From Gammaproteobacteria bacterium (GTDB taxonomy: Bacteria; Pseudomonadota; Gammaproteobacteria; UBA4575): a stretch of DNA of 64,000 nt. The notes beneath the pieces were generated by a model that had not been told where the DNA came from, did not search any database, and saw only the letters and a list, made by a program, of their open reading frames with translations. Shown here one piece after another: positions 28,504 to 38,868 of this stretch. The translations under genes were made by a program, and so were the position numbers. Location: NCBI GenBank assembly GCA_965222615.1, contig CBDCUI010000007.1:32001-96000 (forward strand). The letters run 5' to 3'. Within the stretch, counting starts at the first letter, position 1; the number at the start of each line of letters is the position of its first letter.

Positions 28504-29829
28504 TTGAATCCGATCGCTGTGTCAGAAAATTATACATTTCAACTTGAGAGCTTTCGCCAAGCCACCCCCTATATATATGCGCATCGTGGCAAGACTTTTG
28601 TCGTGTATTTAAGTGATGCTGTACTCAACAGCAAAAACCTGCCTTCACTTATACATGATTTAGCTCTGGTTCATACACTTGGAGTAAAACTAGTTTTGGT
28701 TTTAGGCTTACGTAGACTTATCGATAAAAAACTAGGCAAAATCAAAAATACTTTCCACGGTGACTTACGCATCACAGATTTAAATTCTATACAACAAATA
28801 AAAGAAGTTGCTGGCAGCGTGCGCTCAAACATTGAAGCACTGTTTTCTATTGGCCTGATCAACACACCCATGTCTGGGATGAAATTAAGTGTTGTGTCTG
28901 GAAATTTTATTCGCGCCAAACCAGTAGGTGTGCGAGATGGTATCGATCATCAATTTACTGGTGAAATACGAAGTATTGCTTCTAAAGAAATACAGCAGCA
29001 GCTGGATGCAGATAATATTGTTCTACTAACACCGTTAGGATATTCAAAAACTGGAGATATTTTCAATTTACCAAGTGCGGATGTTGCTATGCATACTGCG
29101 TGTGCACTGCAAAGTGAAAAATTGATTTTTATGCTTGATAAATTTAAAGCACCAGAAAATAAAAAACAAAGCAGTAACCATTTCAATATTAGCGAGGCGC
29201 GCGAGCTGGTTAAGAAACTGACCAAAAATAAACAATATATTAAACGTTTTCTTAATTTAGCAATTCAAGCTTGCTTAGCAAATGTAAAACGCGTGCATTT
29301 GATCGACACCTCTAAGCCCGGAGCGCTATTAGAAGAGCTCTATACACTTGATGGTGTTGCCACTTTAATTACGGCCGAGACCTATGATGAAATACGCCCA
29401 GCAACCTTAGATGACGTAGGCGGCATTTTAGAACTCATCCAACCATTAATCGATAAGGGTGCACTTGTATCTCGTACAAAGGAACAATTAGAGCTACAAA
29501 TTGATAGCTTTAATGTAATCAAGCGTGATGGCATGGTATTAGCATGCGGCGCCTTACAAATTTTCTCAGACGAGAATGCCGCAGAAATAGCTTGCCTAGC
29601 CGTACACCCTGAGTATCAATCTAGTGGCCGCGGCAAAAAAATGCTGGAACATTTAGAAAAAGATGCATATGAAGCTGGTCTAAATAAGCTCTTTGTGTTG
29701 ACTACACAGACTGCCCACTGGTTTAGAGAACATGGGTTTAAACCAACTAAAATCGAGTCTCTACCTATGAAAAGGCAGGCTCTATATAACTACCAGCGCA
29801 ATTCAAAGGTTTACAGTAAAACTGTTTAA
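28504..29829 (+). CDS. argA: Amino-acid N-acetyltransferase (N-acetylglutamate synthase)
   Basis: FRQATPYIYAHRGKTFV, AAK domain plus C-terminal GNAT (LTTQTAHWF, YNYQRNSK). Confidence 0.95.
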   Translation: MNPIAVSENYTFQLESFRQATPYIYAHRGKTFVVYLSDAVLNSKNLPSLIHDLALVHTLGVKLVLVLGLRRLIDKKLGKIKNTFHGDLRITDLNSIQQIKEVAGSVRSNIEALFSIGLINTPMSGMKLSVVSGNFIRAKPVGVRDGIDHQFTGEIRSIASKEIQQQLDADNIVLLTPLGYSKTGDIFNLPSADVAMHTACALQSEKLIFMLDKFKAPENKKQSSNHFNISEARELVKKLTKNKQYIKRFLNLAIQACLANVKRVHLIDTSKPGALLEELYTLDGVATLITAETYDEIRPATLDDVGGILELIQPLIDKGALVSRTKEQLELQIDSFNVIKRDGMVLACGALQIFSDENAAEIACLAVHPEYQSSGRGKKMLEHLEKDAYEAGLNKLFVLTTQTAHWFREHGFKPTKIESLPMKRQALYNYQRNSKVYSKTV

Positions 29830-29925
29830 TATATAACCTGAACGGTAGATATTATTAGCCAACATTGTAGAACTATAATTAAAGGTAGATTTAAATATAT
29901 TACGATCAAGGAGAAAACAAGAGCT

Positions 29926-30327
29926 ATGAAGATCGATTCACCTGTACTAATCAGCTTGGGTATTTTAATTGGTGTAATTCTAGCCATGTACATCCAACCC
30001 GTTAACACGGCATTAATGATTGCTGCAGGCTTATTAATTGCAGCATTTCTGCTTAGTCTCATTAGAACCCTAGTTAGCAGGGCTTCTGGAAAAACCGGAC
30101 ACCGTAAAAAAGTCAGTTCCACAAAACAAACAAATGGTACGGTAAAATGGTTTAATAACAAAAAAGGGTTTGGCTTTATTGAACATGAAAATGGCGGAGA
30201 TGTATTCGTTCACCATCGATCTATTCTTGGTAGCGGGCGAAAATATCTTAGAGAAGGTCAAAAAGTAACCATGGATATTGTGCAGAGTGCAAAAGGCCCA
30301 CAAGCTGAAAATGTGAGCCCACATTAG
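29926..30327 (+). CDS. Membrane-anchored cold-shock domain protein
   Basis: Two N-terminal TM helices, then [15 protein letters not shown] and DVFVHH (RNP1/RNP2); AAGGAG RBS. Confidence 0.85.
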   Translation: MKIDSPVLISLGILIGVILAMYIQPVNTALMIAAGLLIAAFLLSLIRTLVSRASGKTGHRKKVSSTKQTNGTVKWFNNKKGFGFIEHENGGDVFVHHRSILGSGRKYLREGQKVTMDIVQSAKGPQAENVSPH

Positions 30328-30331
30328 CCCT

Positions 30332-30481
30332 ACTAGAACCTATCTCAAAATTGAAGATTTTTATGTTTAGGCGAGGCCCGAGTTTTTCGAAAAGCACAGT
30401 GTACACGCCAGTACATGAGCATTTGAGAAAAACGAGAACAAAGCATAAGCGGAAAAGATTAATTTTGAGATAGGTTCTAGT
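30332..30481 (+). mobile_element. 150-bp MITE / RPE-like element, copy C, with perfect 21-bp terminal inverted repeats
   Basis: ACTAGAACCTATCTCAAAATT ... AATTTTGAGATAGGTTCTAGT; core GCGAGGC...GCACAGTGTAC-N6-GTACATGAGCATT. Confidence 0.8.
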
Positions 30482-30569
30482 TAATATTAATCCAGGCTAA
30501 ATCATCTCGGTTCATAGTAAGAAAATATCGAAGATAAATATTATTTTCCTGCTTTGATTTATTTTAAAA

Positions 30570-31631
30570 TTGAAAATCTTAATTGTCGGCGCAGGACCAA
30601 CTGGTTTAACCGCTGCGGTTGAACTCGCACGGCATGGAATAATTGCGGAAGTTATCGACTGTAAAGACGAAGCTTCTACCCTATCTCGCGCAGTTGGAAT
30701 TATACCCAGAAGCTTAAACTTATTAGACCCATCGGGCGTAAGCAAAAGATTGTTGAATGAAGGGATCAAAATTCGTCAAGCAAAAGGTTATCTGGACAAT
30801 AAACTCACATTAACTTTACATATACAAGATGCCCATCCAGTCCATGATTACATACTCGCCTTGGCACAAGATCGCACAGAAGTAGCACTGCAAGATACAT
30901 TTATTAAATATGGTGGAACGGTACGATACAAAACAGCACTCAAAGAACTACAGCAAAATGATGCTTATGTTATTGCGCAAACAAAAGATGGCAACAAAGT
31001 AAAATACGATTATGTCATTGGTGCTGATGGAGTTCGCAGTACCACAAGAAAATCACTTGGTCTTGAATATTCAGGTTTTGAGTTACCTGAAACCTGGTCA
31101 ATTGCGGATGTAAATGCTAAGGACTGGCCCAATCCCGAGACTTTTACATTCTGTTTACTTTCAAATGGTCGTGTCGTTGTCGTTGTACCACTAGAACCTG
31201 ACCGCTATCGAATAATCTCAAATACCGAAAATGCCTTAGCCACTTTACCACTTGACCTTAATATAATTAACATTAAACGAGAGGGACAATTTAAGATTTC
31301 TATTCGCCAGGTTAACCAATATGGACTGGGGCATGTGTATTTAGCCGGTGATGCGGCCCATTGTCATTCTCCTGTTGGAGGTCGCGGTATGAATCTAGGC
31401 ATTGCAGATGCAGCAGAGCTTGCTCAGAGGATGGTAGATGGAACACTTTCTGGCTATAGTGAATCCAGACATGCTGAAGGCGCTAAAATAATTGCTGGGA
31501 GCGAACACGCCCGCAAATTTCTCACTTCAAAAAATTTTATTACACGGCTCATTACCAAATCAGGTTTTAGATTAATCAATGTATCGAGCACCTTACAAAG
31601 GCTTATCGCTAAAACATTACTTGGTAGTTAG
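30570..31631 (+). CDS. FAD-dependent monooxygenase (aromatic-ring hydroxylase family)
   Basis: GAGPTG, IGADGVRS, AGDAAHCHSPVGGRGMNLGIADA. Confidence 0.88.
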   Translation: MKILIVGAGPTGLTAAVELARHGIIAEVIDCKDEASTLSRAVGIIPRSLNLLDPSGVSKRLLNEGIKIRQAKGYLDNKLTLTLHIQDAHPVHDYILALAQDRTEVALQDTFIKYGGTVRYKTALKELQQNDAYVIAQTKDGNKVKYDYVIGADGVRSTTRKSLGLEYSGFELPETWSIADVNAKDWPNPETFTFCLLSNGRVVVVVPLEPDRYRIISNTENALATLPLDLNIINIKREGQFKISIRQVNQYGLGHVYLAGDAAHCHSPVGGRGMNLGIADAAELAQRMVDGTLSGYSESRHAEGAKIIAGSEHARKFLTSKNFITRLITKSGFRLINVSSTLQRLIAKTLLGS

Positions 31632-31711
31632 CTGTTTTTACTCCTAGCAAAGCAATAATGTAATAAATTTAAGATATAATTTTCGCTTAAATCTGCAACT
31701 GGAGAAAAAAT

Positions 31712-32140
31712 ATGTCTGATGTACGTGAAGCAAGCGGTACTTGCCTTTGTGGCAAAGTGCAAATATCTGTTAAATCCATGAGCACTCATGCTGGAGCATG
31801 TCACTGCGGCATGTGTAGAAAATGGACAGGTGGGCCATTAATGGCTGTTGAATGTGGCACTGATGTTACGTTTACCGGTGAAGAATACATAAAAGTTTAT
31901 AATTCTTCAGATTGGGCAGAACGTGGATTTTGTAGTGTTTGTGGAAGTCATCTTTTCTACAGACTAAAAGAAAATCATCTACATATTATGCCCGTTGGAA
32001 TTTTCGACCATGGCGATGATATTAAATTTGATCATCAAGTTTTTATTGATGACAAACCGGATTATTATGAATTCGCCAATAAAACTAAAAACATGACAGG
32101 AGCAGAAGTTTTTGCTCAATTTTCACCTACATCTGACTGA
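31712..32140 (+). CDS. GFA/CENP-V family zinc protein
   Basis: CLCG, CHCGMCRK, FCSVCGSHLFY. Confidence 0.88.
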   Translation: MSDVREASGTCLCGKVQISVKSMSTHAGACHCGMCRKWTGGPLMAVECGTDVTFTGEEYIKVYNSSDWAERGFCSVCGSHLFYRLKENHLHIMPVGIFDHGDDIKFDHQVFIDDKPDYYEFANKTKNMTGAEVFAQFSPTSD

Positions 32141-32177
32141 ATAATTATTTATAAATATTAGAAACATAAAGTTATAC

Positions 32178-32426
32178 GTGAAAAGCAAACAAAACATTAT
32201 TCAATCCCCTCTCATCTGGTTGGTGCTCAGCTTGACACTAGGATTAGCACCTTTCTTACCTGAACCTCATGTCTGGGAAAAACTTAAGTGGATTCTAGCA
32301 GGTGCTAAAGGGATGCGGCCAATTGATTGGTTTGATTTCGTTTTACATGGAACACCGTGGTTGCTATTGATAATTTCTGTACTCAGTAAATTTAAATCGA
32401 CTAAAACAGATTTGACTAAGGATTAA
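32178..32426 (+). CDS. Small conserved membrane protein
   Basis: LGLAPFLPEPHVWEKL...PIDWFDFVLHG pattern; two TM segments. Confidence 0.7.
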   Translation: MKSKQNIIQSPLIWLVLSLTLGLAPFLPEPHVWEKLKWILAGAKGMRPIDWFDFVLHGTPWLLLIISVLSKFKSTKTDLTKD

Positions 32427-32868
32427 GCCAATCTTTGTATGTTGTATGAATTTCCTCGATTAAATCAGGCAAAGATTGATTAATTTGCAAGTCAAAGGGT
32501 TCGCCAAAATATTGCTTTAACCGACTGACAATAAGATCTTCTTCAAGATCAAAGCACTCAGTGAGGCTTTCACTGATCCGTTTAGTACTAGGCTGAAATT
32601 TAGGATCTGGTTGCACGATATTGAATAACAATTGGATCTCTCTTTGGTAAGAATTTGAGCGTTGTTTACGATTTTCTTTATCAATTTCCCTCTGCATTGG
32701 ATCATCACTAGAAAAAAATTTAACCGCTATTCTTCCAGCGATTACAGTAGCAACTACAGCCACAAAAAGTAATAAATATCCCGAGCCAAGTGAATAATTC
32801 TCAAACAAAAACAACAGACCAATTGTTATACCAATAAATGAGAATCCATATATAAGTACTGGATGCAT
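32416..32868 (-). CDS. Hypothetical membrane protein
   Basis: 150-aa ORF with two N-terminal TM helices. Confidence 0.55.
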   Translation of the reverse strand: MHPVLIYGFSFIGITIGLLFLFENYSLGSGYLLLFVAVVATVIAGRIAVKFFSSDDPMQREIDKENRKQRSNSYQREIQLLFNIVQPDPKFQPSTKRISESLTECFDLEEDLIVSRLKQYFGEPFDLQINQSLPDLIEEIHTTYKDWLNP

Positions 32869-32945
32869 AGTCGTTAGAATCTATTTCACGTTTTTTTATA
32901 AAATGAGTATAATCAAATCAGTTCATCTAAAAAAAGGCATAAATA

Positions 32946-33353
32946 ATGCTTAAGCAATTAGTTTACCTCAGTATGGCATTATTAATTTTGTTTCAACCTG
33001 TGTTTTCAGCATCGATTAATGACTATATAGAAGCTTGTACATCAAACCAGAAAAATAATATGGGCCCCGAATTATGCGAATGCATGGCTAACAAGGGCAA
33101 GGATTTATCCGAAGAAGAATTTGACTTTTTTTACGCTATCGCAGCAAAAGATCAGGATAAAGTAAATAAAGGTCATGTTACTCTTGATGCAAATCAGAAA
33201 ATGAATGTAATGCAATTATCCATGATGGGACCATCAAAATGCACAAATGAGTTAGCGCAGAAAAAAAATAACAGCGAAACTCAAGATTCACCATCAAATT
33301 CATCTTCTTCTGCGACGTCTACAACTGAAGCAGATAGTACTCTATCACAGTGA
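32946..33353 (+). CDS. Hypothetical exported protein with four Cys and Ser/Thr-rich tail
   Basis: Signal peptide ending VFSA; C..CEC..C pattern. Confidence 0.6.
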   Translation: MLKQLVYLSMALLILFQPVFSASINDYIEACTSNQKNNMGPELCECMANKGKDLSEEEFDFFYAIAAKDQDKVNKGHVTLDANQKMNVMQLSMMGPSKCTNELAQKKNNSETQDSPSNSSSSATSTTEADSTLSQ

Positions 33354-33398
33354 CGCATTATATTTTTTTTAATAGTTATTATATGCCCTCTAAATAAT

Positions 33399-34124
33399 GT
33401 GCTAACTTTATATCAGTTTCCAATCTCACACTATTGCGAAAAAGCTCGTTGGACACTTGAATACAAAAAATTAGAATATAAAAAAGTTAATTTACTACCT
33501 GGACCACACATAAAAAAAGCAAAAAAGCTAGCAAATAAGCCTTCCCTGCCAATACTCGTGCATAATGGCAAAGTTATCAATGAATCACGGAAAATAATAA
33601 CTTACCTAGATCATATATTCCCTAATAATAAACTAACACCCGAGAATGAAGATTTAAAAAAATCTGCAATGGATTGGGAGCATTTTGCTGATAAAGAAAT
33701 TGGACCTGATGTGCGTAGTTTATGCTATCACACCTTGCTTGATCATCCAGATATTACGATTCCATTTTTCACAGTAGATGGACCTTGGTATGGAAACTTA
33801 TTTATGAAATATAACTATCCAAGACTAAGTAAAAATATGCGCACATTAATGCAACTCAATGATAAAACCGTTGGACTTATTCAACAACGACTAACAAAAG
33901 CAATCAATAAGTTATATGCACATATTAAGACAAGAGAATTTTTTGTAGGCAACACCTTCACGCGTGCAGATCTTGCAATAGCATCCTTATTAGCACCCTT
34001 ATGCAAACCTGCTAAATATGGCTTAGATTGGCCCAAGCAATATCCTGAACCACTACACAGCACCATAAAAGAATATAAAGATAAACTGAACTGGGTAACG
34101 AATATGTATAACCAGTTCAGATAA
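33399..34124 (+). CDS. Glutathione S-transferase family protein
   Basis: LYQFPISHYCEKARW, LPIL...ESRKIITYLD, FTRADLAIASLLAP. Confidence 0.88.
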   Translation: MLTLYQFPISHYCEKARWTLEYKKLEYKKVNLLPGPHIKKAKKLANKPSLPILVHNGKVINESRKIITYLDHIFPNNKLTPENEDLKKSAMDWEHFADKEIGPDVRSLCYHTLLDHPDITIPFFTVDGPWYGNLFMKYNYPRLSKNMRTLMQLNDKTVGLIQQRLTKAINKLYAHIKTREFFVGNTFTRADLAIASLLAPLCKPAKYGLDWPKQYPEPLHSTIKEYKDKLNWVTNMYNQFR

Positions 34125-34159
34125 ATTTTTACACATAAGCAGATATACAGCTCATTAAT

Positions 34160-34489
34160 ATGAGTCATACCATGTCACTTACGAATACATTAAGAATAAT
34201 AGCAATACTTTTGATATTAGCATCGGTATATCAATATATAACATTGGATCTGCTACCTATAAAAACCATCGTAGTTGCTCATATCCTTTTTATATTAAGT
34301 TTCTTTAGTGATGGTCATGCACAACGTGTTTCAGTGGTATCACTTGGACTTGCACTAGTAGTTCCAATCGGTGCATGGCGTATGTATAAAACAGGAGATG
34401 TTGCACTTGGTTTTTTTATATTTAATCTGGTAGTTTTTACATATCTTGCTTACATTGCATACAAAACACTCATTAGCAAATCTGCATGA
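34160..34489 (+). CDS. Hypothetical membrane protein (4 TM)
   Basis: Hydrophobic 109-aa ORF co-oriented with its neighbours. Confidence 0.55.
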   Translation: MSHTMSLTNTLRIIAILLILASVYQYITLDLLPIKTIVVAHILFILSFFSDGHAQRVSVVSLGLALVVPIGAWRMYKTGDVALGFFIFNLVVFTYLAYIAYKTLISKSA

Positions 34490-34527
34490 ATAATAGTGAT
34501 GGCAGTTAACAGCCATATTTAACCAAT

Positions 34528-35505
34528 ATGAATTCAGACCCACGACTGACTCAGTTACATGAGTGGATAAGAGATATTTTAGGAAAAGTTGATTATTCAC
34601 TTATACCAGTGTCTGGTGATGCAAGCTTTCGTCGCTATTTTCGCTTTACCTCAAAACAACAGCAATTTATAGCTGTAGATGCTCCACCTGATAAAGAAAA
34701 CAATGCATCTTTTATAAATATTACACATTTATTAGAAGCTGAAGGTTTACCAGTACCTCATATTTATTTTAGTACACTAGATTTTGGCTTCTTTTTGTTA
34801 AGCGATCTTGGCGACACAATATTTCTAGACATCTTGGAAAACAACAACGCAGATTCTTTATATAGCAAAGCACTCAATGCACTAGCAGTTATTCAACAAA
34901 CATCAGCGAATAGTTTGCCAGATTATGATCAATCACTATTATTGACTGAAATGGAGCTTTTTAGAAATTGGTTTTTAAATTCGCATTTGAAAATCGAGTT
35001 ATCGAATCAGGAAAATAAATTTTTTGACCAAGTTTTTACTTTTCTCATTAAAAATGCATTACAACAACCTCAGGTTTTCGTACATCGTGATTATCACTCA
35101 CGCAACCTGATGAAAATAGATAATATGTATCCTGGTATTATTGACTACCAAGATGCTGTTCGCGGACCAGTAACATATGATTTAGTTTCTTTATTACGAG
35201 ACTGTTATATTGATTGGCCGATTTCTGATGTAGAAAAATGGGCACTTTCTTATAGAAAAAATATTATTAACAAAGACATTATTAAAAATGTAGACGAAGA
35301 AACTTTTTTACGTTGGTTTGATTTAATGGGAATTCAACGACACCTAAAAGCTATCGGTATATTCTCACGTTTAAATATTCGCGATAAAAAGTCAAACTAC
35401 TTAGAGGATATCCCACGAGCCTTAAATTACATTAAGACTATTGCCCCAAAATACCCTGAAACATGCTCTTTAGCAGAATTTGTTCATAATAAGGTATCTA
35501 TTTGA
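34528..35505 (+). CDS. amgK: N-acetylmuramate/N-acetylglucosamine kinase
   Basis: SGDASFRRYFR, HRDYHSRNLM, IDYQDA, QRHLKAIGIFSRL; paired with murU. Confidence 0.9.
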   Translation: MNSDPRLTQLHEWIRDILGKVDYSLIPVSGDASFRRYFRFTSKQQQFIAVDAPPDKENNASFINITHLLEAEGLPVPHIYFSTLDFGFFLLSDLGDTIFLDILENNNADSLYSKALNALAVIQQTSANSLPDYDQSLLLTEMELFRNWFLNSHLKIELSNQENKFFDQVFTFLIKNALQQPQVFVHRDYHSRNLMKIDNMYPGIIDYQDAVRGPVTYDLVSLLRDCYIDWPISDVEKWALSYRKNIINKDIIKNVDEETFLRWFDLMGIQRHLKAIGIFSRLNIRDKKSNYLEDIPRALNYIKTIAPKYPETCSLAEFVHNKVSI

Positions 35506-35507
35506 AA

Positions 35508-36179
35508 ATGATGAAATGTATGCTACTCGCAGCAGGTTTAGGTGAACGATTGCGACCCCTTACTAACGAAGTACCTAAACCACTTATCAAAATTGCTGGC
35601 AAGCCTTTAATTGATCACCATTTAGATAGACTGAAGTCTGCAGGTTATCGCGAAATTGTCATAAACCTCTCGTATCTAGGAGATCAGATTCGAGAATATC
35701 TCAAAGACGGGCATCGATTTGGTCTTGATATTAAATATTCAGACGAAGGCCAAGAACCACTTGAAACAGCTGGTGGAATTATTCGAGCCTTGCCTTTACT
35801 TGGTGATCAACCTTTTTTAGTAATAAATGCAGATATTTGGTGTGATCATACACTTTCATTTCCAAAGTTAACCCAAAATAAACATGCACATATCGTTCTT
35901 GTTAACAACCCTTCTCACAATCCTGGTGGTGATTTTGTGTATGAATTTGGAAAGATCTATAACACAGGAAATCACTTTCTAACCTACAGTGGTATCGGCA
36001 TCTATAGTCCGAAACTATTCCAACAACACAAACCAGGCAAACTTGCACTTGCACCCATTTTGCGCGATGCAATAGATAAAGAGACTGTTAGTGGCGAGTA
36101 CCACGCTGGCACATGGTTTGATGTTGGAACAAAAGAGCGTTTAGATGAAGTTGAGAAGTATATTTCTAAAATCAGTTAA
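35508..36179 (+). CDS. murU: MurNAc alpha-1-phosphate uridylyltransferase
   Basis: LAAGLGERLRPLT..PKPL, ETAGGI, NPSHNPGGDF, WFDVGT. Confidence 0.9.
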   Translation: MMKCMLLAAGLGERLRPLTNEVPKPLIKIAGKPLIDHHLDRLKSAGYREIVINLSYLGDQIREYLKDGHRFGLDIKYSDEGQEPLETAGGIIRALPLLGDQPFLVINADIWCDHTLSFPKLTQNKHAHIVLVNNPSHNPGGDFVYEFGKIYNTGNHFLTYSGIGIYSPKLFQQHKPGKLALAPILRDAIDKETVSGEYHAGTWFDVGTKERLDEVEKYISKIS

Positions 36180-36194
36180 TTCTAGAATAGCATT

Positions 36195-36959
36195 TTAAAT
36201 CACAAAATATTTATACCAAAGTTTCCCAAAATATTCATGCAAAGCAATTTTTGTATGCCTTAGAGCGGATACTTTAGGTAAGTAATCTTGATAGTTGGGA
36301 GTATGGGTATTGCGTTTATAAAAAACGGTAGGTGCTGGTGTAGGCTCAAGCCCAACTTTTTCAAAACACCAAACTGCTCTTGGCATATGGTAAGCATGCG
36401 TTACAAGTAAAAAACTTGAAATCGAATTATCGTCGAGAATTGATTTCGAAAACTTCGCATTTTCAAAAGTATTTTTGCTTTTGTGTTCCATCCAAGTTAC
36501 TTGAACACCAAAATAAATTTCAAAAATATGCTTCATTAAAGTGGCTTCAGAACGCCTTTCATCGTTCACTGTGCCACCTACTGCCAAAATAGGAAGTTCA
36601 GTAGCTTTGGCTAATTTGGCAGCATAACGTAAACGCTGTAATGTGGTTGCATTAACCGTATCCAAACTATCATACTCACGTGCAATCGGAAGTCGGCCAC
36701 CTGAAAGTACTACAATTGCTTGGATATCGGATGGAATCTCTTTTAAGACTTCATGCTCATATTGCAGTGGATCTAAAAGCTGGCGTGCAAAATATGGAAT
36801 GCTAGCTAAATACAACAGTACAGCACCAAGCAATATACAAAATGCAGCAAATTTAGGCATTCGAAATAACCACACCAATAACCCAAGGGTGATTAAAATC
36901 AAAGGTCCCATGGGTGGTAGTAATAAATCTAGAATCGTTCTAAAGACTTCAGAACTCAT
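36195..36959 (-). CDS. YdcF/ElyC (DUF218) family protein
   Basis: IVVLSGG, SKNTFENA, LVTHAYHMPRA, ALHEYFG. Confidence 0.88.
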   Translation of the reverse strand: MSSEVFRTILDLLLPPMGPLILITLGLLVWLFRMPKFAAFCILLGAVLLYLASIPYFARQLLDPLQYEHEVLKEIPSDIQAIVVLSGGRLPIAREYDSLDTVNATTLQRLRYAAKLAKATELPILAVGGTVNDERRSEATLMKHIFEIYFGVQVTWMEHKSKNTFENAKFSKSILDDNSISSFLLVTHAYHMPRAVWCFEKVGLEPTPAPTVFYKRNTHTPNYQDYLPKVSALRHTKIALHEYFGKLWYKYFVI

Positions 36960-36962
36960 TTA

Positions 36963-37925
36963 CTAAGAATAACTCAGTGCTTGTTGTGCTTGAAGATCTG
37001 CATGATAAGAAGAACGTACCAGTGGACCGCTGGCGACATGATCAAAGCCCAAATCTTTTCCAGCTGCATGCAATTCATCAAATTCACTTGGAGAGAGATA
37101 TCGTTGTACAGAAAGATGATGTGGACTAGGTTGCAAATACTGTCCCAATGTGAGCATATTTACATCATGGTCACGCAGATCTTGCATTACGCTTAACACT
37201 TCATCGATCTCCTCACCCAATCCTAACATCAATCCAGATTTAGTTGGCACATGCGGAAGATGCATTTTATGAAGTTGCAAAAGATTTAGTGAGTGCAGGT
37301 AATCCGCTCCAGGTCGAACAAATGGATATAAACGCGGCACAGTTTCCAGATTGTGGTTAAACACATCCGCAGGGCTTTTAGACATAATTTCCACTGCATG
37401 TTCTAACCGCCCACGGAAATCAGGAACCAATACTTCAATCTTAATTCCTGCACATCGATTACGTACCTGTTGAATGCAAGCAATAAAATGCTTTGCTCCG
37501 CCATCATGCAAATCATCACGGTCCACTGAGGTAATCACTACATATTTTAAGCCCAAACGTTTAATGGTTTCAGCTAAATGCTTGGGTTCCTGTTTATCCA
37601 AAGGTAATGGCCGGCCATGTGCGACATCACAAAATGAGCACCGCCTGGTGCAAACATCGCCCATGATCATAAAGGTTGCTGTGCCACTATTAAAACACTC
37701 TGTCAAATTAGGGCAAGACGCCTCTTCACAAACAGTATGCAATTTTTGCTCTCTTAGTAATTTCTTCAGCTCTTTTACTTCTGCTGTAAGCGGCACTTTC
37801 ACACGAATCCAACTTGGTTTCAGTAAACGTGATGTAGAACTTTTAATTGCCACCGGAATTTTAGTGACTTTTTCACTGCCACGCTGTTTAACTCCAAGCT
37901 TATTAAGATGTGATTTATTAGCCAA
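36963..37925 (-). CDS. lipA: Lipoyl synthase
   Basis: [20 protein letters not shown] radical SAM motif, RSSYHA. Confidence 0.97.
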   Translation of the reverse strand: MANKSHLNKLGVKQRGSEKVTKIPVAIKSSTSRLLKPSWIRVKVPLTAEVKELKKLLREQKLHTVCEEASCPNLTECFNSGTATFMIMGDVCTRRCSFCDVAHGRPLPLDKQEPKHLAETIKRLGLKYVVITSVDRDDLHDGGAKHFIACIQQVRNRCAGIKIEVLVPDFRGRLEHAVEIMSKSPADVFNHNLETVPRLYPFVRPGADYLHSLNLLQLHKMHLPHVPTKSGLMLGLGEEIDEVLSVMQDLRDHDVNMLTLGQYLQPSPHHLSVQRYLSPSEFDELHAAGKDLGFDHVASGPLVRSSYHADLQAQQALSYS

Positions 37926-38556
37926 AGGTTTTTACTTCTGTAGGTTTATATTGAAGATGAGTACATAATTGTAAAAACAAGTCTTTTTGGATCTGTTCAA
38001 AATCTAGTTCTACTTCATAATTTTTTAACTGGGTGACTTCTAAGTCTGAAAACCCACATGGATTGATATAGGTAAATGGTGTTAGATCCATATCTACATT
38101 TAGTGCCACACCATGATAACTACAACCTTTGTAGACACGCAAACCCAACGATGCAATTTTAGCACTATTAACATATACACCATGTGCTTCTGCACGAGCT
38201 TCAGATTCAATACTATAACTATCCAATAATGCCACAACAGCTTGTTCTATGCCCTGCACAAATTGTTTTACACCGAAATTTTTACGACGCAGATCTACAA
38301 GTAGATACACAATGATTTGTCCTGGACCATGATAAGTAACTTGCCCACCTCGATCTGACTGTACAATTGGAATATTTGAATGCCTGAGGATGTGTTTTTC
38401 GTCAGCATTTGCGCCAAGAGTAAAGACTGCTGGATGCTGCAAACACCAAAACTCATCTGTAGTTTCTACATCACGCTTATTGGTAAACTCACGCATTCTT
38501 GCAAGCGTCAAAGAATATTCCTGCGTGCCTAATTCACGTATCAATAACTTAGACAT
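37918..38556 (-). CDS. lipB: Lipoyl(octanoyl) transferase
   Basis: [29 protein letters not shown]. Confidence 0.96.
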   Translation of the reverse strand: MSKLLIRELGTQEYSLTLARMREFTNKRDVETTDEFWCLQHPAVFTLGANADEKHILRHSNIPIVQSDRGGQVTYHGPGQIIVYLLVDLRRKNFGVKQFVQGIEQAVVALLDSYSIESEARAEAHGVYVNSAKIASLGLRVYKGCSYHGVALNVDMDLTPFTYINPCGFSDLEVTQLKNYEVELDFEQIQKDLFLQLCTHLQYKPTEVKTFG

Positions 38557-38565
38557 GAATAAGCT

Positions 38566-38829
38566 TTAAAGTGCCATAATTACCCAATCACTAGCAGTTA
38601 AATCGATATAAATACCGTCTAGGTGTTTTTGACTAACTGCATTCACATGCACAGTAATACTGCAATAGTTTTTTTGCCTACTTTCTACTTCTCTTATTTT
38701 TGTTGTTTCAAAATCATCCAAATGTTTTCTTAGTATCTCGATTACTGCTTGGTGAAATCCATGATGGTTTTTCCCCATTACCTTGATTGGAAACTCACAT
38801 GGAAAAGAAAGCAGGGACTCATCTGACAT
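38566..38829 (-). CDS. ybeD: YbeD/DUF493 family protein
   Basis: LLSFPCEFPIKVMG; conserved position between dacA/dat and lipB. Confidence 0.9.
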   Translation of the reverse strand: MSDESLLSFPCEFPIKVMGKNHHGFHQAVIEILRKHLDDFETTKIREVESRQKNYCSITVHVNAVSQKHLDGIYIDLTASDWVIMAL

Positions 38830-38868
38830 AGCTAAGAATCGTTGTTAATGGAGCTCTGATTATCAGGT

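Noticed and set aside
31712-32140. Bona fide glutathione-dependent formaldehyde-activating enzyme (gfa)
   Set aside because: Short generic GFA/CENP-V protein without adjacent frmA/fghA; function cannot be assigned
30570-34489. Integron cassette array
   Set aside because: The short AT-rich genes suggest it, but I found no paired RYYYAAC/GTTRRRY attC hairpins between genes and no intI
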